From assembly GCA_049651845.1 (NCBI GenBank), contig JBASCW010000052.1:19667-83666 (forward strand): DNA of 64,000 nucleotides, read 5' to 3'. The notes under the pieces were generated by a model. The model saw only the letters and a list, made by a program, of their open reading frames with translations. It was not told the origin of the DNA and made no database searches. Source of the stretch: Burkholderiales bacterium. GTDB lineage: Bacteria > Pseudomonadota > Gammaproteobacteria > Burkholderiales > SG8-39. The number at the start of each line of letters is the position of its first letter. The first letter of the stretch is position 1. Shown here one piece after another: positions 1 through 11,656 of this stretch. Position numbers and translations under genes: made by a program.

Positions 1-884
1 GCCTGCCGCTCGACCTCGAGGCGCTTTACCGCGACTCGAACGTGAGCGCCGCGCTCGAAGCGCTCGACCGGGAGCTGGTGGGGCTCGCCCCGGTCAAGAC
101 TCGGGTGCGCGAGATCGCCGCGCTGCTGCTGGTCGAGAAGCTGCGCCGCTCCGTCGGGCTGCAGGCCGGGCCGCCGCCCCTGCACATGAGTTTCACCGGC
201 AATCCGGGCACCGGCAAGACCACGGTGGCGATGAAGATGGCGGCGATCCTGCACGGCCTGGGCTACGTGCGCAAAGGCCACTTGGTCGCGGTGACGCGCG
301 ACGACCTGGTCGGCCAGTACATCGGCCACACCGCGCCGAAGACCAAGGAGGTCCTCAAGCGCGCCATGGGCGGGGTGCTGTTCATCGACGAGGCCTATTA
401 CCTGTACCGCCCGGAGAACGAGCGCGACTACGGCCAGGAGGCGATCGAGATCCTGCTGCAGGTGATGGAGAACCAGCGCGACGACCTGGTGGTGATCCTG
501 GCCGGCTACCGGGACCGCATGGAGAGCTTCTTTGCTTCCAACCCCGGCATGGCCTCGCGCGTGGCGCATCACATCGACTTCCCGGACTACGCCGCGGACG
601 AGCTGTTCGACATCGCGGCGCTGATGCTCGAGCGCATGCAGTATGCGCTCAGCGAATCGGCGGCCCAGGCGCTGCGCGAATACATCGCCCTGCGCATGGC
701 GCAGCCGCGCTTCGCCAACGCGCGCTCGGTGCGCAACGCGCTCGACCGCGCGCGCCTGCGCCAGGCGAACCGCCTGTTCGGGCGGCGCGGTGCGCCGCTG
801 GCGCCGGTCGACCTGATGACCCTCGAAGCCGAGGACTTCCGCGCCAGCCGCGTCTTCCGCGCCGGTACCGAGGCGGCCGGCTGA
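1..884 (+). CDS. cbbX: CbbX, red-type Rubisco activase (AAA+ ATPase); 5' end lies outside the window
   Basis: The frame is open from nt 3 ([28 protein letters not shown]...). Walker [10 protein letters not shown] and Walker [11 protein letters not shown] are present. The rest of the protein and the cbb gene context match CbbX. Confidence 0.93.
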   Translation, partial: LPLDLEALYRDSNVSAALEALDRELVGLAPVKTRVREIAALLLVEKLRRSVGLQAGPPPLHMSFTGNPGTGKTTVAMKMAAILHGLGYVRKGHLVAVTRDDLVGQYIGHTAPKTKEVLKRAMGGVLFIDEAYYLYRPENERDYGQEAIEILLQVMENQRDDLVVILAGYRDRMESFFASNPGMASRVAHHIDFPDYAADELFDIAALMLERMQYALSESAAQALREYIALRMAQPRFANARSVRNALDRARLRQANRLFGRRGAPLAPVDLMTLEAEDFRASRVFRAGTEAAG

Positions 885-1600
885 TGCTGCAAGCGCTGAT
901 ATTCGACGTCGACGGCACGCTCGCCGATACAGAGGAGGCGCGCCGCCGGTCGTTCAACGCGGCGTTCCTCGAGCACGGGCTGCGCTGGCAGTGGCCCGCG
1001 GAGCTCTATGCGCAATTGCTCCGCGTTGCCGGCACCGTGGAGCGCCTCACGCACTTCGTCGGGACGCTCGATGCGGCGCCCGCCGAGCGGGTGCGGCTGC
1101 TTCGACTGGTGCCCGAGGTCGAAGGAACCGCGACGCGCATCTACCAGCGGCTGGTGGCACGGGGCGAATGCCCGCTGCGCCCCGGCGTGCGCCGATTGCT
1201 CGAAGCGGCGAGTGCGGCCGGGCTGCGGCTCGCGATCGCTTCGGCGACGCATCGGTCGAACGTGGATGCGCTGACCGAGGCGAGCCTCGGCACGCCGGCG
1301 CAAGCGGTGTTCCAGGTCATCGCCTGCGGCGACCAGGTCCAGCGCAAGAAGCCCGCGCCAGACATCTACCGGCTCGCCCTCGAGGGGCTGCAGCTCGCGC
1401 CGGAACGCTGCGTCGCGTTCGAAGACTCGTCGAACGGCGTGCGCTCGGCCTGCGCGGCCGGGATCGCCACCGTGGTTTGCCCCACGCAGTGGAACGCGGC
1501 CGAAGACAGCGGTTCCGCCGCCCTCAGGGTCGCGTCGTTCGAGGACGTCGATGTCGCGACGCTCGAGCGGCTGCTGTCGCACTGCGAGGTGGCGTCGTGA
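884..1600 (+). CDS. cbbY: CbbY-like HAD phosphatase, copy 1 (xylulose-1,5-bisphosphate phosphatase family)
   Basis: Has HAD motif I FDVDGTLADTEE, FNAAF, and the C-terminal motifs KKPAPDIY and FEDSSNG. The start ATG overlaps the cbbX stop (TGATG at 882-886). Confidence 0.85.
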   Translation: MLQALIFDVDGTLADTEEARRRSFNAAFLEHGLRWQWPAELYAQLLRVAGTVERLTHFVGTLDAAPAERVRLLRLVPEVEGTATRIYQRLVARGECPLRPGVRRLLEAASAAGLRLAIASATHRSNVDALTEASLGTPAQAVFQVIACGDQVQRKKPAPDIYRLALEGLQLAPERCVAFEDSSNGVRSACAAGIATVVCPTQWNAAEDSGSAALRVASFEDVDVATLERLLSHCEVAS

Positions 1601-2316
1601 GCCTGCGCGGACTGCTGTTCGATCTAGATGGCACGCTCGCCGACACCGAGGAGACGCACCGCCAGGCGTTCAACGCGGCCTTCATCGAATTCGAGCTGTG
1701 GTGGGACTGGAGCGCGCCGCTCTACAAGCGGCTGCTCGCGGTCTCGGGCGGCAAGGAGCGCCTGCAGCACTACATCGGCACGCTGCGCGTACCGGCGGCC
1801 GAGCGCGAGCGCCTGCTGGCGATCGTGCCCGCGCTGCACGCGACCAAGACGCGCATCTACACCGAGCTGCTCGTGCGCGGGCAGCGTCCGTTCCGCCCCG
1901 GCGTGCTGCCGCTGCTGGTCGCGGCGCATCGCGCGGGGCTCAAGCTCGCCATCGCCTCGACAACGACCTCGGCGAACGTCAGCGCGCTGATGCAGGCCAA
2001 TCTGGGAGCGGCGCCGGACCTCAGCTTCGACGTCATCGCCTGCGGCGACCAGGTTTCGGCCAAGAAGCCCGCTCCCGACATCTACCGGCTGGCGCTCTCG
2101 AGTCTGCGCTTGCCGAGTGAAGCCTGCGTTGCCTTCGAGGACTCGGTGAACGGCCTGCGCGCGGCGAAGGCGGCCGGCCTCGTCACCGTCGTCACGCCGT
2201 CGCGCTGGACCACCGAAGAGGATTTTTCCGGCGCGGACCTCGTGCTGCCGTCGCTCGAAGGCCTCGAGCTGCGGCGGCTCGCCGCGCTGCTGGGGGAGAC
2301 GCATGCCTCGACTTGA
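1597..2316 (+). CDS. cbbY: CbbY-like HAD phosphatase, copy 2 (tandem paralogue)
   Basis: GTG start at 1597 overlaps the copy-1 stop (GTGA). Motifs FDLDGTLADTEE, SGGKERL, HATKTR, KKPAPDIY and FEDSVNG are present. By eye it is roughly half identical to copy 1. Confidence 0.85.
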   Translation: MSLRGLLFDLDGTLADTEETHRQAFNAAFIEFELWWDWSAPLYKRLLAVSGGKERLQHYIGTLRVPAAERERLLAIVPALHATKTRIYTELLVRGQRPFRPGVLPLLVAAHRAGLKLAIASTTTSANVSALMQANLGAAPDLSFDVIACGDQVSAKKPAPDIYRLALSSLRLPSEACVAFEDSVNGLRAAKAAGLVTVVTPSRWTTEEDFSGADLVLPSLEGLELRRLAALLGETHAST

Positions 2317-3373
2317 GACCACGCTCACCGAGTTCATCATCGGCGAGCAGCGCCGCTTTCCCGGCGCCACGGGCGGCTTCACCGCGCTGGTCAACGACGT
2401 GCGGCTCGCCTGCAAGCGCATCGCCTACCTCGTGGGCAAGGGCGCGCTCGCCAGGGTGCACGGCGGCACGGGCGTGCGCAACGTGCAGGGCGAGGAGCAG
2501 CAGAAGCTCGACGTGATGGCGAACGAGATCTTCCTGCGCACCAACGAATGGGGCGGGCATCTCGCGGGCCTCGCGAGCGAGGAGCTCGAGCTTCCCTACC
2601 GCATTCCCGACGAGTTCCCGCGCGGGCGCTACCTGCTTGCGTTCGATCCGCTCGACGGCTCCTCGAACATCGACGTGAACGCCCCGGTGGGCTCGATCTT
2701 CTCGGTGCTCGCCTGCCCGGAGGGCGTCGCGGGCGACGAGCAGCGCGCTTTCCTGCAGCCCGGCAGGCGCCAGGTCTGCGCGGGCTACGCCATCTACGGC
2801 CCCACCACGATGCTCGTGCTCACGTTCGGGCGCGGCGTGCACGGCTTCACGCTCGACCGCGAAATCGGCGAATTCATCCACACCCACCCGGACCTGCGCG
2901 TGCCCGAGGACGCCAGCGAGTTCGCCATCAACACCTCGAACAGCCGCTTCTGGGAGCCGGCGGTGAAGCGCTACGTGGACGAGTGCATGGCGGGCAGGAG
3001 CGGGCCGCGCGGCAAGGACTTCAACATGCGCTGGATCGCGTCGCTGGTGGCCGAGGCGCACCGCATCCTGATGCGCGGCGGGGTGTTCCTGTATCCGCGC
3101 GACGAGCGCGAAAGCGGCCGCAGCGGACGGCTGCGCCTGCTCTACGAGGTGAACCCGATCGGCATGGTGATCGAGCAGGCGGGCGGGCGCGCGAGCACCG
3201 GCTACGGTCCGGCGCTGGAGGTCGAGCCGGCCAGCCTGCATCAGAGGTCCGGCTTCGTGTTCGGCGCGAAAGACGAGGTGGAGCGCATCGAGCAGTACCA
3301 CCGCGACCACAATGTGCGCCCGTACGACGCGCCGCTGTTCGGCTCGCGCGGGCTATTCCGCGCGCAGGTCTAG
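2303..3373 (+). CDS. cbbF: Class I fructose-1,6-/sedoheptulose-1,7-bisphosphatase
   Basis: N-terminus TLTEFIIGEQRRFPGATGGFTALVNDV is FBPase class I. It also has DPLDGSSNID and sits in the cbb context. Confidence 0.93.
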   Translation: MPRLETTLTEFIIGEQRRFPGATGGFTALVNDVRLACKRIAYLVGKGALARVHGGTGVRNVQGEEQQKLDVMANEIFLRTNEWGGHLAGLASEELELPYRIPDEFPRGRYLLAFDPLDGSSNIDVNAPVGSIFSVLACPEGVAGDEQRAFLQPGRRQVCAGYAIYGPTTMLVLTFGRGVHGFTLDREIGEFIHTHPDLRVPEDASEFAINTSNSRFWEPAVKRYVDECMAGRSGPRGKDFNMRWIASLVAEAHRILMRGGVFLYPRDERESGRSGRLRLLYEVNPIGMVIEQAGGRASTGYGPALEVEPASLHQRSGFVFGAKDEVERIEQYHRDHNVRPYDAPLFGSRGLFRAQV

Positions 3374-3381
3374 GCGCAGGC

Positions 3382-4266
3382 ATGTCCGCCAAGCACCCGG
3401 TCATCGCCATCACGGGCTCCTCCGGCGCCGGCACCACCTCGGTGATGCGTACCTTCGAGGCGATCTTCCGGCGCGAAGGAGTGAGCGCGGCCTTCGTCGA
3501 GGGCGACGCCTTCCACCGCTACGACCGCGCCGAGATGAAGGGCCGCATGGCCGAGGAGCTCGCGCGCGGCAACCAGCACTTCAGCCACTTCGGCCCCGAG
3601 ACCAACCTGTTCGAGGAGCTCGAGGCGCTGTTTCGCGATTACGGCGAGGGCGGCCGCGGCCGCACGCGCAAGTACCTGCACAGCGAGGAGGAGGCCGCGC
3701 CGCATGCGCAACGCCCCGGGACCTTCACGCCCTGGGAAGAGCTCGCCGAAGGCACCGACCTGCTGTTCTACGAGGGGCTGCACGGCGCCGTCGTGACCGA
3801 CAAGGTCAACATCGCCCGGCACGTGGACCTGCTGATCGGCGTGGTGCCGGTGATCAACCTGGAATGGATCCAGAAACTGCACCGCGACCGCGCCGCGCGC
3901 GGCTACTCGACCGAGGCGGTGACCGACACCATCCTGCGCCGCATGCCGGACTACGCCCACTACATCATTCCGCAGTTCGCGCAGACGCACATCAATTTCC
4001 AGCGCGTGCCGGTGGTCGACACCTCCAACCCCTTCGTCGCGCGCCACATCCCGAGCGCCGACGAGAGCTTCCTCGTGATCCGCTTCGCCAATCCGCGCGG
4101 CATCGACTTTCCCTACCTGCTCACCATGCTGCACGACTCGTTCATGTCGCGGCCCAACACCATCGTCGCCCCGGGCGGCAAGATGGACCTGGCGATGCAG
4201 CTCATCTTCACCCCGATGATCTGGCGCCTCATGGAGCGCCGCAAGCTCGCCCTCGGCAAAGGCTAG
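3382..4266 (+). CDS. cbbP: Phosphoribulokinase
   Basis: ATG at 3382. Begins [20 protein letters not shown] (P-loop). The bacterial PRK sequence continues through [11 protein letters not shown]... Confidence 0.95.
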   Translation: MSAKHPVIAITGSSGAGTTSVMRTFEAIFRREGVSAAFVEGDAFHRYDRAEMKGRMAEELARGNQHFSHFGPETNLFEELEALFRDYGEGGRGRTRKYLHSEEEAAPHAQRPGTFTPWEELAEGTDLLFYEGLHGAVVTDKVNIARHVDLLIGVVPVINLEWIQKLHRDRAARGYSTEAVTDTILRRMPDYAHYIIPQFAQTHINFQRVPVVDTSNPFVARHIPSADESFLVIRFANPRGIDFPYLLTMLHDSFMSRPNTIVAPGGKMDLAMQLIFTPMIWRLMERRKLALGKG

Positions 4267-4276
4267 GAGGCCCCGC

Positions 4277-5314
4277 ATGGCAATGGTTTCCCTCAGGCAA
4301 CTGCTCGACCACGCCGCCGAGCACGGCTACGGCGTGCCGGCGTTCAACGTCAACAACCTGGAGCAGATCCAGGCCATCATGCAGGCCGCGGAGCAGACCG
4401 CGAGCCCGGTGATCCTGCAGGCCTCGGCCGGCGCGCGCAAATATGCCGGCGAAGCCTTCCTGCGCCGCCTGGTGGAGGCCGCCGCCGAGGCCTACCCGGA
4501 CATTCCGCTCGTGATGCATCAGGATCACGGTGCCAGCCCCGCGGTGTGCCAGGGCTCGATCCGCTCGGGATTCACCAGCGTCATGATGGACGGCTCGCTG
4601 CGCGAAGACATGAAGACGCCGGCGCCCTACGACTACAACGTCGCGGTGACGCGCAAGGTCGCGGAAATGGCGCACGCGGTCGGCGTCTCGGTCGAGGGCG
4701 AACTCGGCTGCCTGGGGTCGCTCGAGACCGGCGAGGCGGGCGAGGAAGACGGCGTCGGCGCCGCGGGCAAGCTCGCGCGCGAGCAGCTGCTCACCGATCC
4801 GGCGCAGGCGGCCGATTTCGTGGCGGCGACCGGGGTCGACGCGCTCGCGGTGGCGATCGGCACGTCGCACGGCGCCTACAAGTTCACGAAGAAACCCACG
4901 GGCGAGGTGCTGGCGATCGATCGCATCAAGCAGATCCATGCCCGGCTGCCCGATACGCATCTGGTGATGCACGGATCGTCCTCGGTGCCGCAGGAGTGGC
5001 TCGAGGTGATCCGCGAGCACGGCGGTGCGATCAAGGAGACCTACGGCGTGCCGGTCGAAGCAATCGTCGAGGGCATCCGGCATGGCGTGCGCAAGGTCAA
5101 CATCGACACCGACATCCGCCTGGCGATGACGGGCGCGATGCGCCGCGCGATGGCCAAGGACCCGGCCGAGTTCGACCCGCGCAAGTTCCTCAAGGATGCG
5201 ACCGCGGCCGCGCGCGGCATCTGCAAGGACCGCTTCGAGGCGTTCGGCTGCGCCGGCCAGGCGCCGCGCATCAAGCCCCTGCCGCTGGAGAAGATGGCGG
5301 CGCGCTACGCGTGA
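4277..5314 (+). CDS. cbbA: Class II fructose/sedoheptulose-bisphosphate aldolase
   Basis: [26 protein letters not shown] and VMHQDHG match the class II FBA family. Confidence 0.94.
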   Translation: MAMVSLRQLLDHAAEHGYGVPAFNVNNLEQIQAIMQAAEQTASPVILQASAGARKYAGEAFLRRLVEAAAEAYPDIPLVMHQDHGASPAVCQGSIRSGFTSVMMDGSLREDMKTPAPYDYNVAVTRKVAEMAHAVGVSVEGELGCLGSLETGEAGEEDGVGAAGKLAREQLLTDPAQAADFVAATGVDALAVAIGTSHGAYKFTKKPTGEVLAIDRIKQIHARLPDTHLVMHGSSSVPQEWLEVIREHGGAIKETYGVPVEAIVEGIRHGVRKVNIDTDIRLAMTGAMRRAMAKDPAEFDPRKFLKDATAAARGICKDRFEAFGCAGQAPRIKPLPLEKMAARYA

Positions 5315-5392
5315 AGCGCGATTGGCGCCGCCCTTCCTTTATAATCCGCCGCTCTCCCGCTCGCCAATTTCAATTCCTCGATCGTCGCGGTA

Positions 5393-7402
5393 ATGCTTCT
5401 CCCTGTGCCCGAACACGACATGGCCAACGCGCTGCGCGCGCTGGCCATGGATGCGGTGCAGGCGGCCAATTCCGGTCATCCCGGCATGCCGATGGGCATG
5501 GCCGAGATCGCGGTCGCGCTCTGGCACCGCAATCTCTCGCATAACCCCGCCAATCCGGCCTGGCCGAACCGGGACCGCTTCGTGCTCTCCAACGGGCACG
5601 GCTCGATGCTGCTGTATGCGCTGCTGCATCTCACCGGCTACGACCTGCCGCTTGCCGAACTCAAGCGCTTCCGGCAACTGGGCTCGAAGACGCCGGGCCA
5701 TCCCGAGTACGGGCTCGCGCCCGGCATCGAGACCACCACCGGCCCGCTCGGCCAGGGCATCTCCAACGCGGTCGGCATGGCGATCGCCGAGCGCCTGCTC
5801 GCGGCGGAGTTCAACCGGCCGGGGCACGAGATCGTCGACCACCGCACCTACGCGTTCCTCGGCGACGGCTGCATGATGGAAGGCATCTCGCACGAGTCCT
5901 GCGCGCTGGCAGGCACGCTGGGCCTCGCCAAGCTGATCGTTGTCTACGACGACAACGGCATCTCGATCGACTCGGAGAAGGGCAGCATCCGGCAGTGGTA
6001 CACCGACGACGTGCGCCGGCGCTTCGAGGCCTACGGCTGGCAGGTGATCGCGGGCGTCGACGGCCACGACATCGAGGCGATGGACCGCGCGCTGAAGAAG
6101 GCGAAGCGCGAATCGAAGCGCAGCCCCGCGCGCCCGACGCTGATCTGCGCGAGGACCGTCATCGGCAAGGGCGCGCCCACCAAGGCCAACACCGGCGGCG
6201 CGCACGGCGCGCCGCTCGGCGACAAGGAAGTCGCCGCCACGCGCGAAGCGATCGGCTGGAAATACCCGCCGTTCGAGGTGCCCGAAGGCGTGCGCCAGGG
6301 CTGGAACGCGCTCGAGCGCGGCCGCCGCGCCGAGCGGCGCTGGAAGCGCGCGTTCGGCGCGTACGAGAAGGCGCATCCGGAACTCGCGAAGGAGTTTCTG
6401 AGAAGGATGAAGGGCGAGCTACCCTCGACTTTTTCCGTTCTGGTTGAGTCTTTCATCAAGGATACAGACCAGAAAGCGGAAACGATTGCGACTCGCAAGG
6501 CGTCGCAGAACGCGCTCGAGGTTCTCGTGCCGGCGCTGCCGGAGCTGGTCGGCGGCTCGGCGGACCTCGCCGCCTCGAACCTGACGATCGTCAAGGCGTC
6601 GAAGGCGGTGGGCAAGGAGGGCGGCGGCAACTACCTCTTTTACGGCGTACGCGAATTCGGCATGGGCGCGGTGATGAATGGCCTCGCGCTGCACGGCGGC
6701 TGCATTCCCTACGGCGGCACCTTCCTCGTGTTCTCCGACTACATGCGCAATTCGCTGCGCATGGCGGCGCTGATGGGGCTGCGCACGATCTACGTGTTCA
6801 CGCACGACTCGATCGGCCTGGGCGAGGACGGCCCCACGCACCAGCCGGTCGAGCATGCGGCCGCGCTGCGCCTGGTCCCGAACCTGGACGTCTGGCGGCC
6901 CTGCGATGCGCTCGAGACCGCGGTCGCCTGGGCGGCGGCGCTGCAGCGGAAGAATGGACCGACCGCATTGCTTCTGTCGCGGCAGAACCTTCCCTTCGAA
7001 AAAAGGGATGAGCAGACGACGAATCAAATTCAAAGAGGCGGCTACGTCCTCAGCGACCCGCCGGGCGCGAAGGCGGTGCTGATCGCCACCGGGTCCGAGG
7101 TGCAGCTCGCGCTCGCGGCGCAAAAGCTGCTCGATTTCCCCGTGCGCGTGGTGTCGATGCCCTCGACCAGCGCGTTCGACCGGCAGGATGCGAGCTACCG
7201 AGACTCGGTGCTGCCCAGGGGATTGCCGCGCGTGGCCGTCGAAGCCGGCGTCACGGACTACTGGAGGAAGTACGTGGGACTCGAGGGCGCCGTGGTCGGC
7301 ATCGACCGCTTCGGCGAATCGGCGCCAGCGGGCGAGCTGTTCAAGCACTTCGGCGTCACGCCGGAGAATGTCGCAAAAGCGGTAAGGAGCGTTCTGTCAT
7401 GA
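5393..7402 (+). CDS. cbbT: Transketolase
   Basis: Has [42 protein letters not shown] and [12 protein letters not shown]. An alternative ATG start lies at 5420. The stop overlaps the gap start (ATGA at 7399-7402). Confidence 0.95.
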   Translation: MLLPVPEHDMANALRALAMDAVQAANSGHPGMPMGMAEIAVALWHRNLSHNPANPAWPNRDRFVLSNGHGSMLLYALLHLTGYDLPLAELKRFRQLGSKTPGHPEYGLAPGIETTTGPLGQGISNAVGMAIAERLLAAEFNRPGHEIVDHRTYAFLGDGCMMEGISHESCALAGTLGLAKLIVVYDDNGISIDSEKGSIRQWYTDDVRRRFEAYGWQVIAGVDGHDIEAMDRALKKAKRESKRSPARPTLICARTVIGKGAPTKANTGGAHGAPLGDKEVAATREAIGWKYPPFEVPEGVRQGWNALERGRRAERRWKRAFGAYEKAHPELAKEFLRRMKGELPSTFSVLVESFIKDTDQKAETIATRKASQNALEVLVPALPELVGGSADLAASNLTIVKASKAVGKEGGGNYLFYGVREFGMGAVMNGLALHGGCIPYGGTFLVFSDYMRNSLRMAALMGLRTIYVFTHDSIGLGEDGPTHQPVEHAAALRLVPNLDVWRPCDALETAVAWAAALQRKNGPTALLLSRQNLPFEKRDEQTTNQIQRGGYVLSDPPGAKAVLIATGSEVQLALAAQKLLDFPVRVVSMPSTSAFDRQDASYRDSVLPRGLPRVAVEAGVTDYWRKYVGLEGAVVGIDRFGESAPAGELFKHFGVTPENVAKAVRSVLS

Positions 7403-8412
7403 CCATCAAGGTAGCCATCAACGGTTTCGGCCGCATTGGCCGCAACATCCTGCGCGCGCACGTTGAGAGCGCGAAGAAGCACGACCTGCAGTTCGTCGCC
7501 ATCAACGACCTGGGCGACGCCAGGACCAACGCGCACCTGCTGAAATACGACACCGCGCACGGCCGCTTCAAGGGCACGGTGGAAGTGAGCGGCAGCGCCA
7601 TGAAGGTGAACGGCCAGGAGATCCAGGTCGTCGCCGAGCGCGACCCGGCCAAGCTGCCCTGGAAGGCGCTCGGCGTGGACGTGGTGCTGGAATGCACGGG
7701 CCTGTTCACGAGCAAGGCGAAGGCCGGCGCGCACCTCGCCGCCGGCGCGAAGAAGGTGATTGTCTCCGCGCCCGGCGACAAGGACGTGGACCGCACCGTG
7801 GTGTTCGGCGTCAACCACCGGACGCTCAAGGGCAGCGACACCGTGATCTCGAACGCCTCGTGCACCACCAACTGCCTCGCGCCGCTAGTGAAGGCGCTCG
7901 ACGACGGCATCGGCGTGGTGACGGGCCTCATGACCACCGTGCACGCCTACACCAACGACCAGGTGCTCACCGACGTGTACCACTCGGACCTGCGGCGCGC
8001 GCGCTCGGCCTCGCAGAACATGATCCCGACCAAGACCGGCGCCGCCGCCGCGGTGGGCCTGGTGCTGCCGCACCTGAACGGCAAGCTGGACGGCTACGCG
8101 ATCCGCGTGCCGACCATCAATGTGTCGATTGTTGATTTGAGTTTTGTGGCGAAGCAGACCACGACGGTCGAGGAAGTGAACCAGGTGCTGAAGAAGGCGG
8201 CCGAGGGCGAACTCAAGGGGATCCTCGAATACACCGCCGATCCGCTCGTGTCCTCCGACTTCAACCACAACCCGGCGAGCTCGATCGTCGATTCGCTGCT
8301 CACCAAGGTTTCGGGCGGCACGCTGGTGAAGGTCGCGAGCTGGTACGACAACGAGTGGGGCTTCTCCAACCGGATGCTCGACGTCACCGTCGCCCTGTAC
8401 GAAGCAAGATGA
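7399..8412 (+). CDS. cbbG: Glyceraldehyde-3-phosphate dehydrogenase
   Basis: Has [28 protein letters not shown] and [11 protein letters not shown]. Confidence 0.96.
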   Translation: MTIKVAINGFGRIGRNILRAHVESAKKHDLQFVAINDLGDARTNAHLLKYDTAHGRFKGTVEVSGSAMKVNGQEIQVVAERDPAKLPWKALGVDVVLECTGLFTSKAKAGAHLAAGAKKVIVSAPGDKDVDRTVVFGVNHRTLKGSDTVISNASCTTNCLAPLVKALDDGIGVVTGLMTTVHAYTNDQVLTDVYHSDLRRARSASQNMIPTKTGAAAAVGLVLPHLNGKLDGYAIRVPTINVSIVDLSFVAKQTTTVEEVNQVLKKAAEGELKGILEYTADPLVSSDFNHNPASSIVDSLLTKVSGGTLVKVASWYDNEWGFSNRMLDVTVALYEAR

Positions 8413-8422
8413 GGGCGAAGTA

Positions 8423-9583
8423 GTGGCCTTCAAGCGGCTCGCGGACCAGGAGCTCCGCGGCAAGCGCGTCTTCATCCGCGCCGACCTGAACGTCCCGCAG
8501 GACGAGTCCGGCCGCATCACCGACGACACGCGCATCCGGGCCTCGGTCCCGGGCATCCGCCTGGCGCTCGACCGGGGCGCGGCCGTAATGGTCACTTCCC
8601 ACCTTGGGCGGCCCAAAGAGGGAAGCTTCGGCGAGAAGGATTCGCTCGCACCCGTCGCGAAGAAGCTTTCCGAATACCTGAAGCTCGAGGTTCCACTGGT
8701 GAAGAGCTGGCTCGACGGCGTCAAGGTCGAGCCCGGCAAGGTCGTGCTGCTGGAGAACTGCCGCTTCAACCTCGGCGAAAAGGCCGACGACGAAGGCCTC
8801 GCGCGCAGGATCGCCGCGCTCTGCGACGTCTACGTGAACGACGCGTTCGGCACCGCGCACAGGGCGGAGGCGACGACCCATGGTGCGGCGCGCTTTGCGC
8901 GCGTTGCCTGCGCCGGGCCGCTGATGGCCGCGGAGCTGGACGCGCTCGGCCGCGCGCTCGCGAATCCGAAGAAGCCGCTGGTGGCCATCGTTGCGGGCTC
9001 CAAGGTCTCGACCAAGCTGACGATCCTGGAGGCGCTCGCGAAGAAGGTGGATCGCCTCATCGTGGGCGGCGGCATCCTCAATACCTTCCTCGCCGCCAAG
9101 GGCTTCCCGATCGGCAAGTCGCTCGCCGAGGCGGGCCTGGTGGAGGAGGCGAGGAAAATCATGGCCGCGACCGATGTGCCGCTGCCCGAAGACGTGGTGG
9201 TGGCGAGCGAGATGTCGGCGCGCGCGCGCGAGTCGGTGACCGACGCCAAGGGCGTCGCGGCCGACGACATGATCCTCGACATCGGCCCGAAGGGCGCGGC
9301 GAAACTCGCGGCGATCCTCCAGGACGCCGGCACCATCGTCTGGAACGGGCCGGTCGGCGTGTTCGAGATCGACCGGTTCGCGCGCGGCACCGAGGCGATC
9401 GCGCGCGCGATCGCGGGCTCGAAGGCGTTCTCCATCGCCGGCGGCGGCGACACCATCGCCGCGATCAACAAGTTCGGCGTCGCCGACAGGATCGGCTACA
9501 TCTCGACGGCCGGCGGCGCGTTTCTCGAGTTCCTCGAAGGCAAGACGCTGCCCGCGGTGGCGGCGCTGGAAGCGCGCGCCTAG
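8423..9583 (+). CDS. pgk: Phosphoglycerate kinase
   Basis: GTG start. Has [22 protein letters not shown], and the C-terminal GGGDT and [14 protein letters not shown]. Confidence 0.95.
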   Translation: MAFKRLADQELRGKRVFIRADLNVPQDESGRITDDTRIRASVPGIRLALDRGAAVMVTSHLGRPKEGSFGEKDSLAPVAKKLSEYLKLEVPLVKSWLDGVKVEPGKVVLLENCRFNLGEKADDEGLARRIAALCDVYVNDAFGTAHRAEATTHGAARFARVACAGPLMAAELDALGRALANPKKPLVAIVAGSKVSTKLTILEALAKKVDRLIVGGGILNTFLAAKGFPIGKSLAEAGLVEEARKIMAATDVPLPEDVVVASEMSARARESVTDAKGVAADDMILDIGPKGAAKLAAILQDAGTIVWNGPVGVFEIDRFARGTEAIARAIAGSKAFSIAGGGDTIAAINKFGVADRIGYISTAGGAFLEFLEGKTLPAVAALEARA

Positions 9584-9609
9584 CATTTGACATAGACTCC
9601 GCGTCGTCA

Positions 9610-10158
9610 GTGGCAAACAGGATGCCGCGGATGCCGAATACGGACGTGCTGAGGTTCATCGCCACGCTGGATGCGCGCCGGCCCAAAGGCGCCTTGTATT
9701 CGCTCGCGGCGCTGTTCGCGCGCCTGGCGCGCGCTGGAGCGCCGGAGGAGGCCGCGCGGATCGAAGACCGCATCTGGGACTGCTGGATGTCGCACGACAA
9801 CGCCGAGGCCGAGGCGGCGCTCGATCGCGCGACCACCGACATCGCGGCGCGGCGCTACGACATCGCCGAGACGCGGCTCGCGCGCCTGGTGCGCCGCCGG
9901 CCGGATTGTGCCGAAGGCTGGCACAAGCTCGGTGCGCTGCACTGCATGCTCGGCCGCGACGAGGAGAGCCTCGCCGAGCTGCGCCGCGCGCTGGAGCTGG
10001 AGCCGCGGCATTTCGCGGCGCTGGGCGCGATCGGCGAGATTCTGTTCGCCGGCAAGCAAGGCGAAGGCGCCGCGCTCGCCTACCGCGCCGCCCTGCGCGT
10101 GCACCCGCACATGGAGCGCGGGCGCGACCGGCTCGCGCTGATCCTCGGCGCCGGCTGA
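9610..10158 (+). CDS. TPR-repeat protein, function unknown
   Basis: 182-aa ORF between pgk and pyk with TPR-like helical repeats (GWHKLGALHCMLGRDEESLAELRRALELEPRHFAALGAIGEI...). The start is uncertain (GTG 9610, ATG 9622 or 9631). Confidence 0.6.
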   Translation: MANRMPRMPNTDVLRFIATLDARRPKGALYSLAALFARLARAGAPEEAARIEDRIWDCWMSHDNAEAEAALDRATTDIAARRYDIAETRLARLVRRRPDCAEGWHKLGALHCMLGRDEESLAELRRALELEPRHFAALGAIGEILFAGKQGEGAALAYRAALRVHPHMERGRDRLALILGAG

Positions 10159-10216
10159 GCGCGCCGGAGCGCGCGCGGGCCTGCTGCCGCGGCATCACGC
10201 TGATACACTTGCGCGA

Positions 10217-11656
10217 ATGCTCCGCAGCACCAAGATCGTCGCCACGCTCGGCCCGGCTTCCAGCGACCCTGCGGTGCTCGAGCGCATGGTGCGCTCGGGC
10301 GTGGACGTGGTGCGGCTGAACTTCTCGCACGGCAGCGCCGACGATCATCTCGCGCGCGCCACGCTGGTGAAGGAGATCTCGCGCAAGACCGGCCGCACGG
10401 TCGGCATCATGTGCGACCTGCAGGGGCCGAAGATCCGCGTCGGCAAGTTCAAGGACGGCAAGGTGACGCTCGCCAAGGGCCAGAAATTCATCCTCGACGC
10501 CACCTGCGAGCTGGGCGACGCCGGGCGCGTGGGCCTGGACTACAAGGAGCTGCCGCGCGACGTCGCCGAGGGCGCGGTGCTGCTGCTCGACGACGGCAAG
10601 ATCGTGCTCGACGTCACCGTGGTGCGCGGCGAGGAAGTGCACACCACCGTGCGCCACGGCGGCGTGCTGTCGAACAACAAGGGCATCAACCGGCAGGGCG
10701 GCGGCCTCACCGCGCCCGCGCTCACGCCCAAGGACATCGAGGACATCCGCACCGCGGCGCGCCTCAATGCCGACTATCTCGCGGTGTCGTTCCCCAAGTC
10801 GGGCGCCGACATGTACATGGCGAGGGAGCTGCTGCGCGCCTCGGGCGGCAAGGCGTTCCTGATCGCCAAGATCGAGCGCGCCGAGGCCGTCACGCAGGCG
10901 GCGCTGCTGGACATCATGAACGCCTGCGACGGCATCATGGTGGCGCGCGGCGACCTCGCGGTGGAGGTGGGCGACGCCTCGGTGCCGGCGCTGCAGAAGA
11001 AGATGATCCGGCTCGCGCGCGAGCACAACAAGCTCACGATCACCGCCACGCAGATGATGGAGTCGATGATCGCGAGCCCGGTGCCGACGCGCGCCGAGGT
11101 GTCCGACGTCGCCAACGCGGTGCTCGACGGCACCGACGCGGTGATGCTTTCGGCCGAGTCGGCGAGCGGCCGCTATCCGGTCGAGGCGATCGAGGCCATG
11201 GACCGCATCTGCATCGAGGCCGAGCAGACCCAGCCGGTGCAGCTCGAGCAGGAGTTCCTCAACCGCGTGTTCACGCGCGTCGACCAGTCGATCGCGATGG
11301 CGGGCCTGTTCACCGCCTTCCATCTCAAGGTCAAGGCGATCGCCACGCTCACCGAGTCGGGCTCGACCGCGCTGTGGATGTCGCGCCTGAACTGCGGCGT
11401 GCCGATCTACGCGCTCACCTCACAGACCGCGACGCGCTACCGCTGCGCGCTGCTGCGCGACGTCTATCCGCTGATGGTCAAGTACGTCGGCCAGGACCGC
11501 GAAGAGCTGCTCGCCGAGGCCGAGAAGGTGCTGGTCGAGAACGGCGTGGTCAAGGACGGCGACATCATCGTGCTCACCATCGGCGAGCCGATCGGCAAGT
11601 CCGGCGGCACCAACACCATGAAGATCGTCAGGGTCGGGGAGCACCGCAAGTCGTGA
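10217..11656 (+). CDS. pyk: Pyruvate kinase
   Basis: Has TKIVATLGPAS, VVRLNFSHG, MVARGDLAVEVG and ATQMMESM. Confidence 0.95.
   Translation: MLRSTKIVATLGPASSDPAVLERMVRSGVDVVRLNFSHGSADDHLARATLVKEISRKTGRTVGIMCDLQGPKIRVGKFKDGKVTLAKGQKFILDATCELGDAGRVGLDYKELPRDVAEGAVLLLDDGKIVLDVTVVRGEEVHTTVRHGGVLSNNKGINRQGGGLTAPALTPKDIEDIRTAARLNADYLAVSFPKSGADMYMARELLRASGGKAFLIAKIERAEAVTQAALLDIMNACDGIMVARGDLAVEVGDASVPALQKKMIRLAREHNKLTITATQMMESMIASPVPTRAEVSDVANAVLDGTDAVMLSAESASGRYPVEAIEAMDRICIEAEQTQPVQLEQEFLNRVFTRVDQSIAMAGLFTAFHLKVKAIATLTESGSTALWMSRLNCGVPIYALTSQTATRYRCALLRDVYPLMVKYVGQDREELLAEAEKVLVENGVVKDGDIIVLTIGEPIGKSGGTNTMKIVRVGEHRKS

Noticed and set aside
587-1582. Many long ORFs antisense to, or out of frame with, the genes called above. 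Examples: 587-1582 (-), 2192-3310 (-), 9656-11323 (-), 21888-23573 (-), 29840-31291 (-), 39505-41829 (+), 41556-43652 (+), 52512-54374 (+).
   Set aside because: Their translations are Arg/Ala/Pro/Gly-rich low-complexity strings, typical of stop-codon-poor alternative frames in DNA of about 70% GC. Each is fully overlapped by a gene with strong family motifs. I saw no independent start context or homology.
1597-2316. Calling the second HAD gene cbbZ (phosphoglycolate phosphatase), as in the Cupriavidus cbb operon.
   Set aside because: Its motifs (FDLDGTLADTEE..FNAAF, GGKERL, KKPAPDIY) follow CbbY rather than the Gph/CbbZ pattern. It is clearly paralogous to the gene immediately upstream.
5315-5392. 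A TATAAT hexamer at 5340-5345 in the 78-nt cbbA-cbbT gap, considered as an internal cbb promoter.
   Set aside because: The only -35-like hexamer (TTGGCG, 5322-5327) is 12 nt away, and nothing acceptable sits at 16-18 nt. The evidence is too weak to list as a feature.
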